Shown in pieces: positions 52,486 through 62,879 of a stretch of 64,000 nt of DNA. The stretch covers positions 98,458,001 to 98,522,000 of the forward strand of contig NC_045696.1 in assembly GCF_009834535.1 (NCBI RefSeq), read 5' to 3'. Position 1 is the first letter of the stretch, and the number at the start of each line of letters is the position of its first letter. The stretch comes from Camelus ferus (lineage: Eukaryota). The notes beneath the pieces were generated by a model. It was not told the DNA's origin and did no database searches. It saw only the letters and a list, made by a program, of their open reading frames with translations. Made by a program: the position numbers and the translations under genes.

Positions 52486-52740
52486 CAAACGATAGATACT
52501 GGAGAGGGTGTGGAAAAGGAAGGTTCCCAGTCTCCATACCCAGTATGGAGATTCCTCAAAAAACTAAAAATAGACTTACCCTGTGATCCAGCAATCCCAC
52601 TCCTGGGCATGCATCTGGAGAAAACTCTAATTCAAAAAGACACCTGTACCTCAATGTTCACAGCAGCACTATTTACAATAGCCAAGACATGGAAACTACT
52701 TAAATGTCCATCAACAGGTGACTGGATAAAGGAGTTGTAG

Positions 52741-52797
<57 letters not shown>

Positions 52798-53255
52798 AAT
52801 ACTGCTCAGCCATAAAAAAGAATAAAATAATGCCTTTGCAGCAACATGGATGGACCTAGGGATTATCGTACTAAGTGAGGTTAAGTCAGACAGAGAAAGA
52901 CAAATATCATGTGATATCACTTTTATGTGGAATGTTAGTAAAAGTGATACAAGTGAACTTATTTACAAATTAGAGACACTCACAGACATAGAAAACAAAC
53001 TTATAGTTACCAAAGGGAAAAGTGGGGTCGGGGGGTAAATTAAGAGTTTGGCATTAGCAGATACAAACTACTATATACAAAATACATAAACAACAAGGTC
53101 CTACTGGATAGCACAGGAAACTATATTCAGTAGCTTGTAATAACCTATAATGAAAAAAGAATATGAAAAATAATATATATGTAAAACGGAATCATTATGC
53201 TGTACACCAGAAACTAGCACAACATTGTAAATAACTATACTTCAATTAAAAAAAA
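52486..53255 (+). mobile_element. 5'-truncated cetartiodactyl-type L1 3' end with 15-bp TSD
   Basis: ORF 52510-52740 WRFLKKLKIDLPCDPAIPLLG...CTSMFTAALFTIAKTWK is the ORF2p C-terminus; polyA; TSD agaaaatagtgggag (52471-52485) / agaaaatagcaggag (53256-53270). Confidence 0.95.
52741..52794 (+). repeat. (TA)n(TG)n compound microsatellite in L1
   Basis: Directly visible. Confidence 0.95.
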
Positions 53256-53589
53256 AGAAAATAGCAGGAGAAATATTTTTAAATATACAGATAGAGGGAA
53301 AAAAGTGAAAAGAGGAGATAACAGTGAAGAAAGAAAAAAAAATTATCACATTAATCCCATGCCTCCTTTAAAACAGATTTGAAGGGGTTGATCAAATTAT
53401 ATATAACACATACAAAAAGTACAAAATACGTGACTGCGACAATGAGGGGAAGGACATAAAAGGGTGGGAAAAAAATGAAGTCAGAAGTAAGGTGAATATA
53501 GAAAATGCATATCACAAAGTTCTGAAAGCGTTATATCAATCAACTGAAAATTTTATCCTGAGCTTTCTGGTAGGCAACAAAAAGAGGGA

Positions 53590-53990
53590 TACATTCATCT
53601 CTTGGTCCATTTTCTCATCCACCAACTATCTGAGCATCTCCTATGTGCCAAGCACTATTCTTGGGGTTGGAGGTTGACCAGTGTACAAAACAGAACATTC
53701 TCCCATTCAGTGGGTGGAGCCAGGCAATAAAGTAAATAAATCACAGAGTATTGTAGATTTCAAAAGTGCTATAAGGGACAGTAAAGCAAAGAAGAGAACC
53801 AGGAGTTGTGTGTGGAGTGGGATTCCTTTCGCCTCTCAAATGGGGCGGCCTCACCAAGAAAGTGGTCGTTAAGGAAGGGCCTCCAGAAGGTGAAAGTCAA
53901 CCTTAGGCGTCAGCTCTACTGATCTCTGGAGGAGCAAGGGCAGGCAGCAGAGGTCACATGCGGGAGAGTGCCTGGCGGGGCTTCCTGGGG
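53590..53990 (-). mobile_element. L2 3' end
   Basis: caactatctgagcatctcctatgtgccaagcactattctt...aagtgctataagg. Confidence 0.75.
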
Positions 53991-54130
53991 GTGAGACAGA
54001 GGCGTTTCTGAAACTGAAGGAGGTGTGAGTCGGTGGCTGCACTCCTCAGCAATAGTTCCTCTTTGACTCCAATCACAAGCTTCCTGTGTGATGCTCTTAA
54101 GGTGTTTTCAATTGTGCCTCGTGGGCTTAC

Positions 54131-54364
54131 CATTAGGGAGCAGCTCAGTGAGATCAGTTCTGAAATCACAGAGATGATGCTGTTCACAAACAATGATTTC
54201 TAGCTGGCAGTCTTCCTCCAAGATGTAATTCAGCTCACCCAGAAAAGAAGTGCCTAACTTTGTGTTAGCGAGCCGCACGTCCTGATTTGTATATGTACAC
54301 AATCGTGTGTAGTTTTCTGAAGAAACATTCCTAGTTTTCAGCAGATCCTCAAAGGACTCCATGA
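54131..54364 (-). CDS. Candidate exon (234 nt, phase 1/1), product unknown: (V)MESFEDLLKTRNVSSENYTRLCTYTNQDVRLANTKLGTSFLGELNYILEEDCQLEIIVCEQHHLCDFRTDLTELLPN
   Basis: Minus-strand acceptor taatcctttttcag|TC and donor AATG|gtaagc; only one frame is open; length divisible by 3; several CpGs retained; lies between two L2 pieces and is not a repeat I recognise. No homolog recognised. Confidence 0.35.
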
Positions 54365-54499
54365 CTGAAAAAGGATTAATAATCACAGGTCTAGACTCAA
54401 AGAACTGTATCTCCTCCAGGCAATCTCTCTCTCTTACAATTACTTTATTTCTTTTGAATCACTATTGAATTTTTTAGAAGTAGATGACAGGTTATATTC

Positions 54500-54825
54500 T
54501 GCAGCTGAATCAGGACAGAGTCATGCTTGAATAACTACCCCAGGAAAGGTCAGGGAAAGGTAGGATGAGGTGCAAAGGAAATGAGAGGCACGAGAAAAGT
54601 ACAAAATGTGAAGCTCCGTGTGTCGGACAGTGAGTGTGGAGGCTGTTAGGAGAAGACAGGTGTCTGGTGGTAGCCAGAGAAGGAGACGCTGAGCAGACAG
54701 AAGGGGAGAGTACAGTGAGGGATGGGGGCAGGGGCAGGTTGGTGACAGTGAGAGGATGTGGGTGGCCAGTGTCTGCAGGACGCTGATAAGAATAACATGA
54801 TAAAGTCAATTTTCTCTAGAAGGCT
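54500..54825 (-). mobile_element. L2 fragment
   Basis: ggaaaggtcagggaaagg...ggggcaggttggtgacag...taaagtcaattttctctagaa. Confidence 0.55.
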
Positions 54826-54839
54826 TTCCCATTTGTTTT

Positions 54840-55392
54840 CCTGGTTTTCTTTTTTGGAACTGAAGTACAGTCAGTTGACAATGTTGTGTCAATTTCTGGT
54901 GTACAGTGCAACGCTTCAGTCATACATGAATATACATATATTCGTTTTTATATTCTTTATCATCATAAGCTACTACAAGATATCAAATATAGTTCCCTGT
55001 GCTACACAGTATAAATTTGTTTATCTATTTTATATATACGATTCAGTATCTGCAAATCTCGAACTCCCAATTTATCCCTTCCCACCCCCTTCCCTACTGG
55101 TAAACATAAGTTTCTTTTCTGTGTCTGTGAGCCTGTTTCTGTTTTATATATAAGTTCATTTGTCTTTTTTTTTTTTTTTAGATTCTACGTATGAGTGACA
55201 TCATATGGTATTTTTCTTTCTCTTTCTGACTTACTTCACTTAGAATGACATTCTCCAGATCCATCCATGTTGCTGCAAATGGCATTATTTTATTATATTT
55301 TATGGCTGAGTAGTATTCCATTGTATAAATATACCACAGCTTCTTTATCTAGTCATCTGTCAGTGGACATTTAGGTTGTTTCCATGTCTTGG
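54840..55392 (-). mobile_element. Young camelid-type L1 3' UTR with 11-bp TSD
   Basis: actgaagtacagtcagttgacaatgttgtgtcaatttctggtgtacag...; TSD ccatttgtttt at 54829-54839 and 55393-55403. Confidence 0.9.
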
Positions 55393-57054
55393 CCATTTGT
55401 TTTTAATCTAGGCAATTTACAAGAAAAGTTTTGTAATAGCAAGTATCATTCTAGTATTAGATATTTCTAATATTAGAAACATCCTAATATTAGATATTTC
55501 TTGGAAATACTGGCTACTTCTAGATATTCAGATACCTACTTTAATTTCTAAATTCACAAAAAGCATATTGCAAAAGGCTTTGAAATCCATATTATCCTGC
55601 TATTAACACAAACAGAAAGTAACACTGTAGGTGTGAAATAAGATTATAAATGAGGAAAAGGGAGGAAGAAGCAAAAGAAAAAGAAAGGGTTTGTGTAAAG
55701 CAAAAAGAATGGCAAAGAAAGAAATAAGATTTCTCAAAGTCTCTGTACCTGCCACTTCCATCTAATAGTTTGCCCTATGTCTTTTAGAAATTAAACTAGT
55801 CTTTATAAGTGGCTTATCATTAATAGCACAAACAGAATGAATAATTAACTCTGAGCTATTTAGGTGACATGAGAAAAATGAATTTGGGCCATCAGTAGCT
55901 GCTGGGACAGCCTGTCAGGAAGGCTGTGGGTCGCCTAGGAAGAGGGCCATTCAAAAGAGGACAGCACCCCATCACTCTGGGACCTTTTTCGTAGTCTTTC
56001 ACCTCTCCCTCGCCCTTGCCTCTCTCCTGTCCTCACCAAGGTGAAGGCACGGAAAAGAATAAGTCACCTTTGCAGCCTCCTTCCAACCTGAGATTTAAGA
56101 TTCTTTGCGCTTTCCCCATTCACCCTCCAAAGGCATGGGTATTTAGTCAGCGCTCTTTTCTTTTTCAGGGACTCCTCTGCCTTTCAGGCATTACCAAACA
56201 TATAATTAAGGGATGCTTTAAACCTCGAGCAGGCTCAGTTTTGAACACACCCCCCTTCCATTTGAAGTGCAAAATAGAAATGCTAATGAAGGTTTCCTTG
56301 TCTGTCACCATTCCCCAAGCTGAGAAATGCTAGATCTCAAATATCTTCAGATTATCTCTTCACATAGGTAATAAAAAACACTGGATGTTCTATCCATAAG
56401 GTAATTACAGGCCCCAGATTTTCACAACAAAGTTAGATTTACAGCAAGGTGGTGATTATTGAGCACATGCCAAGCCTCATTTATAGTGGAATGATCCAAA
56501 TATATTCTTTGAGGAGTTTTCCTCTGACCTCTACCACTGCCTGTAAACTATATCCTGAGCCTTGCCTCTAGAAGTGAACAGTTTTCCTAAAAGTATGATT
56601 GGCGAGCAGGAAAGAGCAGCCTTGTGCCAGGAGATGCCTAGAAGGTAGCAAATTTCCCAAGGAGGAAAATTGTTTTGTGATTCTGTTTCTAACTGCTTGC
56701 TCAGCATCTCCATCTCAACGCCCACAGGAACCTCAAAGCCAGTTTGTCCCAACCAAAAGTGTCCACCTTCTCTGTTTTCTATTGTTTCTCCCCTCCCCCA
56801 GCTACTCAGGATCAAAACCTCAATATATCTCAGGGTTTCCTTTCTCACTCTTGCCCCATTTCCAATCAAATTTCTTTCATTTCCACAATACTGTTTTATA
56901 GACGTGTGCTCCACCAAATGTCTCCACCTTTGTTCAGGTCCTCATCTCTTCAGGCTTTGAATTTTAGAACAAATCTCTCAGCCAACAGTGTTTCCTGTCA
57001 CTTCAATTTTCTTGAAGTAATGCTTTGATCAAAAACCTTCACTGCTACTCCTCC

Positions 57055-58040
57055 ATCCCGGGGGTAGAGCTTAATCTTCCACCACCACCAGGACATAACC
57101 ACCCAACCCTTACTGGATTTAATGACTCATTTCTAAAGAACAGAGTATGGAAATGAAAAAAATAGCAAGTTTACAGTGGAGTGACCTAGCAGACGCTGCC
57201 TTAACCAAGTGATCAAGGTTAACATCAACGGTGATAAGTTATGTGGTTATCATGTATCCCTAATATGATGTGATGAGAGCTTCACTTCACTTCTATGGTC
57301 TTCTTCTCCAAAACCCATAACTGCAGTATAAATATAAGGAAAACGTCAGAGAAGTCTTGTTACCAAACCAAACTGGTCCACTTGCCTGAGCACAGTAAAG
57401 CCAGTCTACTGACACAGGGTTGTGATGAAGGAAAGTGCAGAGTTTATTGGGTGCCAGACAAGGAGTGCAGACAGCTTAGTACTGAAAAAGCCCAAACTCC
57501 CCAATGGGTTTCAGGAAAGCATTCTTAAAGGCCAGGTGAGGGAGGTGGTCACAGGGTATGTGATTGTCTTGTGCACAATTCTCTGATTGGTTGATGGTGA
57601 GGTAACAGGGTAGGGTCACAGGGGTTAACATTATCAGTCCCTAGGCTCCAGTAGGCCTGGGGACTGTGTGCTCATGGTCATCAAGTAGTTAGCATCTTCC
57701 ATTTGGTGAGGGAGTTTCCCGTATGTAAAACAACTCAGGAAGTGTGCATCAAATATTCCTATCTAGGTCCTTCAGAGAGGAGCTAAAGCAGAAGGTATTG
57801 GGTGGGGTGGGGTGGTCTGCCCTGGGAAGGCCTCATGGGGTCCTGCCTGTTTGCAGTCTATATTGAGAACATTCTACAGAATACCTGATCAGCACTCTTC
57901 AAAATTCTCAGTCATGAAAAGCAAAGAGAAACTGAGAAATTGCTATAGACCAGAGAGGGCTTAAGTGGGCATGATGATTAAAAACGTTGTATCCTTATAA
58001 GATTTTAGAATTAAAAAAAGAAAAAAAAGAACTGAATGGG
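57055..58040 (+). mobile_element. L1MC/MD-type 3' UTR split by an ERV1 LTR
   Basis: ccttaaccaagtgatcaaggttaacatca...ccaaaacccataac; resumes after the LTR with aacattctacagaatacctgatcagcactcttcaaa. Confidence 0.8.
57358..57855 (-). mobile_element. ERV1 solo LTR (498 bp)
   Basis: TG...CA termini; 4-bp TSD gtct at 57354-57357 and 57856-57859; tttatt (minus-strand AATAAA) near 57443. Confidence 0.85.
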
Positions 58041-58069
58041 TTTCTAGAAGCTGTATTTCTAAGAAGCTC

Positions 58070-58960
58070 TTTCTTCAATTGATGTATAGTTGATATACAA
58101 AAAATTATTGTATATGTACAGTATAGTAATTCACAATTTTTAAAGGTTTATACTCCGTTTATAGTTACTATAAAATACTGGCTATATTCTCTGTATTGTA
58201 CAATATATTCTTGTGTTGCAGGAAAATGGGGTGCCCCGCCAAGTGAAGGTCCTTGGCTTTGCGCAGGAAAGAATTCAAGAGTGAGTCATAGTAAAGTGAA
58301 GGTAAATTTATTCAGATAGATACACAGTCCATAGACAGAGTGCAGGCTGTTTCAGAAGGCAAGAGAGGCGGCGCTGGGAGATACACATTCTATAGGTAGA
58401 ATGGGGTCTGTCTCAGAAGGGAGAGTGGTCCCAGAGCATGGGGTCATCTAGGAAAGTGAGAGCTGTCTCAAGTTGTGGGGGTGACTAGTTTTTATGGGCT
58501 CGATAATTTCATATGCTAACAAGTGGAAGGATTATTCCAACTATTTTGGGGAAGGGGTGGGAATTTCCAGGAATTGCGCCACCACCCCTGTTTGGCCTTC
58601 TATGGCCAGCCTAGGAACTGTCGTGGTGCCTGTGGGAGTGCCATTCATCATGCTAATGTATTACAGTGAGCATATAATGAAGCTCAAGGTCTACTGGAAG
58701 TTACAGCCTCTGCCATCTTGGACCTAGTTAGTTCTCCTCGGTTTATGCCGTATCCTCAACTGCTGTGTCATTCTTTTAATGGTCGTGCCATGACCCCTTC
58801 CCTCCTGTGTCACTCGTAGCTTATTTTTTACATAGTGGGGTTTGTACCTCTTACTCCTCTACCCCTGTGTTACCCTTCTCTCCTCCCTCCCCCCACTGAT
58901 AACCACTAGTTTGTTCTCTGTATCTGTAGGTCCACTTCTCTTTAGTTATATTCACTGTTT
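58070..58960 (-). mobile_element. L1MA9-like 3' UTR split by a MER41-like LTR, apparently itself within a MER5-like element
   Basis: aattgatgtatagttgatatac...gtacaatatattcttg | LTR | tagcttattttttacatagt...aaccactagtttgttctctgtatctgt; MER5-like flanks near 58045 and 59030. Confidence 0.75.
58214..58812 (-). mobile_element. MER41-like ERV1 solo LTR (599 bp)
   Basis: TG...CA termini; TSD cttg/ctcg; ttggctttgcgcaggaaagaattcaagagtgag and ggggaaggggtgggaatttccaggaa resemble MER41-family LTRs. Confidence 0.8.
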
Positions 58961-59234
58961 TTTTTTTTTTTTTTTGTATTTGTTGTATTGTTGTATTGAA
59001 GAGCTTTGTCCAGAGCTCTTGAAAAGATTCTGATATGCTGCAGGTTTAGGAATGACTGGCCTACAGAATTAAACTGTAGGTTGTATACAATCCCTGGAAA
59101 TTGTGGGCAACTTGAGCCCTCAAATGTTTATATTCTTCCTTCACAACCAGAAAATAGTTTCGTCTTTGCTTAGCTCACAGGGCTTTCCAGAAGTCTCAGA
59201 TTTGCTTCAGGTTCATGGATTCTCCTTCTCTCTT

Positions 59235-59268
<34 letters not shown>

Positions 59269-59649
59269 CCTACTCTCTCCAAGGAGACACTGATAAAATG
59301 TAGCGATCCCAGAGTGGTATAGGACTAGCCTATTCTAAACTTACCTCTTCCCTAGTGAAAAACAAGGATATCTGATAACAGATAGCCTAGGTTAAACAGA
59401 CCAATTATTTGAAAATAAGGGTTTTATTACTTGTCAGTGTATGGATTAATCCATACCATAGCACTGATAAGTACTGTCCCTCTGACCTCCTTTAATGAAT
59501 AGAGAAGAACCAAAGTAAGCTGCTGTTTACTTGACTTTAAACAAATAAAAGGTGCTTGAGATTTAATACAATTCATAGTCCCTCCACAGGTTATATATTG
59601 CTCTAATATATATATTTTAACCCTTAAAGAGCAAAAACCCTCCATGTGT

Positions 59650-59830
59650 CTTTTTAAATTTAATCCTCAGATAAACTTGTTAAGTAGATAGTTGTCAACA
59701 CCATTTCATAGAATAGATCATTTAGGCACAGCGGGCTTAAGTAATTTAGCCAAGGTCATCCAACTAGTAAGTAGCAAAGCCAGGTTTACAACCTGGGACA
59801 TCGACCACACAGTACTATTGCCCTATAGAA
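59650..59830 (-). mobile_element. MIR SINE
   Basis: aggcacagcgggcttaagtaatttagccaaggtcatccaactagtaagtagcaaagccagg. Confidence 0.8.
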
Positions 59831-61479
59831 ATATTCTTGACAAAACTTTAAAGTAGTAAAATAGAATTTGTTACTTCAGCTGGGTCCAGACTCTATGTGA
59901 GGCTAAACCGGTAAAATTGGTATGCTTGGGTGTATACCATCTGCACAACATTTGGCTTAGATGCACAGTATATTTTTCCATACTTCTAATTTTTCATGAA
60001 GGATAGCCAATGTGTGTGTGTATGATTTTCTTCAAGACTCTCTAGTAAGCATTTTCATTCTTATTCATAAGGCAGCTTTCCTGGATCTGAGAAATTCCCC
60101 AAAGACAGAAAAATCTGGGATCCAAAGCAGTATGCTTTGAATGTCAGGGCAGGTGTGTGGTGGTAGGACAGCAACATGAGAAAAAAGCAGAAACTTCCTT
60201 TTAAAGCTTTAAGGAGGTTAGGTGGAATACATCCCAATCTGACATCAACTAATTTCAGGTCTCTACAAAATGACGGGCTATTTTTGCTTGTAATGTGTTC
60301 TCAGGAAATTCCACCAAACCAACCTGGGTTGTCATTCCTGAAACTTTCCAGTCTATTACAATGAGGAGAGCACCTGTTTTAAAATAGTCTGGGTGATAAA
60401 TCACAGAAGGTTGCATTAATCAAGGCAGCCTAGAGCTGGTAAGTGCAATTACGCGTTTGTCACCCTAGGGAAATATCTTGATCAAGGCTCCTCAAACCCA
60501 GTAAAAACCCTCAATTTTTTGGCCAAAGATGGGTGTACCTAATTTGGGGACTTAGCACATCTTATCCTTAGGGTATTGAAGGCCTTCTGGCAGGGCCTTG
60601 TCCAATATCCACAGTAATGAAACCTTGTTCTAGTGAGATCTATTAATGACGTGATGATGGAATACCTCTACTACCAATCGGCAGCAGTCTTCACACATCA
60701 CAAGTGAAAAGGAACAACCAAAAATCGAACTTGAGTTCTGTCCTCTCCTATTCCTATGTGCTGCACAATTTTACATAAATGGATGAATGCAAACTGGTTG
60801 TATCTTATCAGTCTAAGTGATGTCTATACCTGCTTTGGATGATTTTTTTTTAATGCTATAAAAATAGAAGTTTTAAGTCAGTATCATCATAATTCAAAAA
60901 TATAAATAAATATATTTATAGACCAAAATGTAAATAGTTAAGCCATCATTGTTGAATGTTATTTTAAAATTATGCATTTCTCATTGATAATTGATATTAT
61001 TAGCTATGATGTTATCATCATAAAAATATTTTCTTATTTTTCCTATATCCACAAAATAAGTGTCCAAATATCCAGAGCTCCTGAATTCTGGTGCTAGTTA
61101 TCTAATTTCATTTCAAGGGCTATGTCTGTCCCCTTTGCTCCAAGTTTACTCTGCACATTACATTCTATACTGTGTTCATTCCTTCTGATTTGAAACCATG
61201 TATCACCAACTGCTTGCCCCACATTTTTGTCTTGCCATCAGAGATCACACCTGGTATTGTTGAGTAACACTTTATGTATGCATATGATATCATCCTATTG
61301 CCCCCTAATAGCTGGAAGTCCCTGTGGGACAGGAGTTATCACACTGTTTTGTATTTTCATAGCTCTTATTCCATGTCACAATCACTTTATGTCTGGTAAG
61401 TGACGAAGTCTGCCAGAAAATTGGTGCCACTTGTGCTTTTGAGATAATATGGGATCTGAAATGACAAGATTCCAGAAAA

Positions 61480-62560
61480 AGATGCCAGTGTGTTTGTGAA
61501 TTTAGTGTATAACAAAAGTTAAAATTTCAATTCAGCAAGAAATAATGGTTTATTTAATAAACAATGCTGGCAACTTGCTATCCATTTAAAAAAATGTGTT
61601 CACTATCCTATACTAATTTTTTTTAATTTCATATAAATTAAAGAACTGAATGTAAAAAAATAAGGCAACAATAATCTTAAAATATCATCCAGGTGTTAAC
61701 ACTGACAACATAAGAGCAGGGGAAACTTTTTAACCAAAGCAGAAGACACAAAAACCTTAAAAAGGAAAGATAGACTTATTTGACTAAATTAAATTTAAAA
61801 TTTCTTCCAGACCCCTCAAAAATAGTAGATAAATGATAGGCTTTGGTGAAAAACCAAACCAAACCAAAAACACATATCTTTATTGAACATAGATTACTAT
61901 CTAAAATATACAAAAAATCCTTATAGAGCAAGAAGCAATTCCATAGAAAATGAACAAAGACTAAATCCATGCAAAACACTTGTGAAAAATGCCCAAATAC
62001 ACTAATAGCACGGAATATGCAAATTAAGGTAACAGTGATATATCACTTTATTCCCATCAACCTGGCAAAACTTAAAAATAACTATTGCTGCCGGGAAAGT
62101 AGTAATGTGAATGGTTACAGCCTACTTGGAAAGCAGGTTACAGCCTATTTGGAAAGCAGTCCAGCAATCCCTATTAAAATTAATACTACGCAGACTTTAT
62201 CTTAGGAATTCAATTTGTGAAATGCCTTTATAAAAATAAAATAGTAAATAAGAATACACATAGAGGGATGTTTACTACTGCATTGGTAAATATCATGAAA
62301 CTGCTGTAATGAATCAGAGCATGTGCTGGTTAACTTAGTGGGCTTTGCCCTATGTATTGTTGAGTGAGAAAAGATAGGCATGAATGACATGATCCACTAT
62401 TCGTAAAAGAAGGATATGCATTCCTACATTTGTAAATGTTATATATAATGGTAGGAATATTCATGTTTGTGTGTATTTCATAAGATTATATAAACACGGA
62501 AAATATAGAAGGATATTTAGGAGGTTGTGAACATGGGACACTTTCCTGGGGATAAGATGA
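61480..62560 (+). mobile_element. Old L1ME ORF2 C-terminus/3' UTR relic
   Basis: ORF 61969-62205 CPNTLIARNMQIKVTVIYHFIPINLAKLK resembles L1 ORF2p [26 protein letters not shown]. Confidence 0.8.
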
Positions 62561-62599
62561 GAAGGAAAAGAGGGAGGGAGGAGCGTCTCTCCTCCGTGG

Positions 62600-62850
62600 G
62601 GAGAGCATACTACAGTAGAAATACACCAGGCTTTAAATCAGACTTACTGAGGCTGTAAACCCAGCCTAGACATTAATTAGTTGTTATGACCTTGGACAAC
62701 ATGCTTAATGGTTCTTGCCCTCAGCTTACTTACCTATAAAATGGGGAGAAGGAAACCCATGTGGGAGGTCTGTGCTAGAGACTGAATTACATACTGTGTG
62801 TGAGCATGCTTGGCAAAGTACTTAGCACATTGCAGGACTCAGTAGGTTAC
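62600..62850 (+). mobile_element. MIR SINE
   Basis: ttagttgttatgaccttggacaacatgcttaa...ctcagcttacttacctataaaatgggg. Confidence 0.8.
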
Positions 62851-62879
62851 ACAAAAAACGAATCAACATCAACTGAAGA

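Noticed and set aside
56531..57028. Overlapping 94-128 aa ORFs on both strands
   Set aside because: They coincide with L2-like sequence; no domain recognised.
5171..62158. Short tandem duplications (18 nt at 5171, 14 nt at 36269, 13 nt at 48516, 23 nt at 62113)
   Set aside because: Ordinary slippage duplications, mostly inside old L1s; no spacers, so not CRISPR-like.
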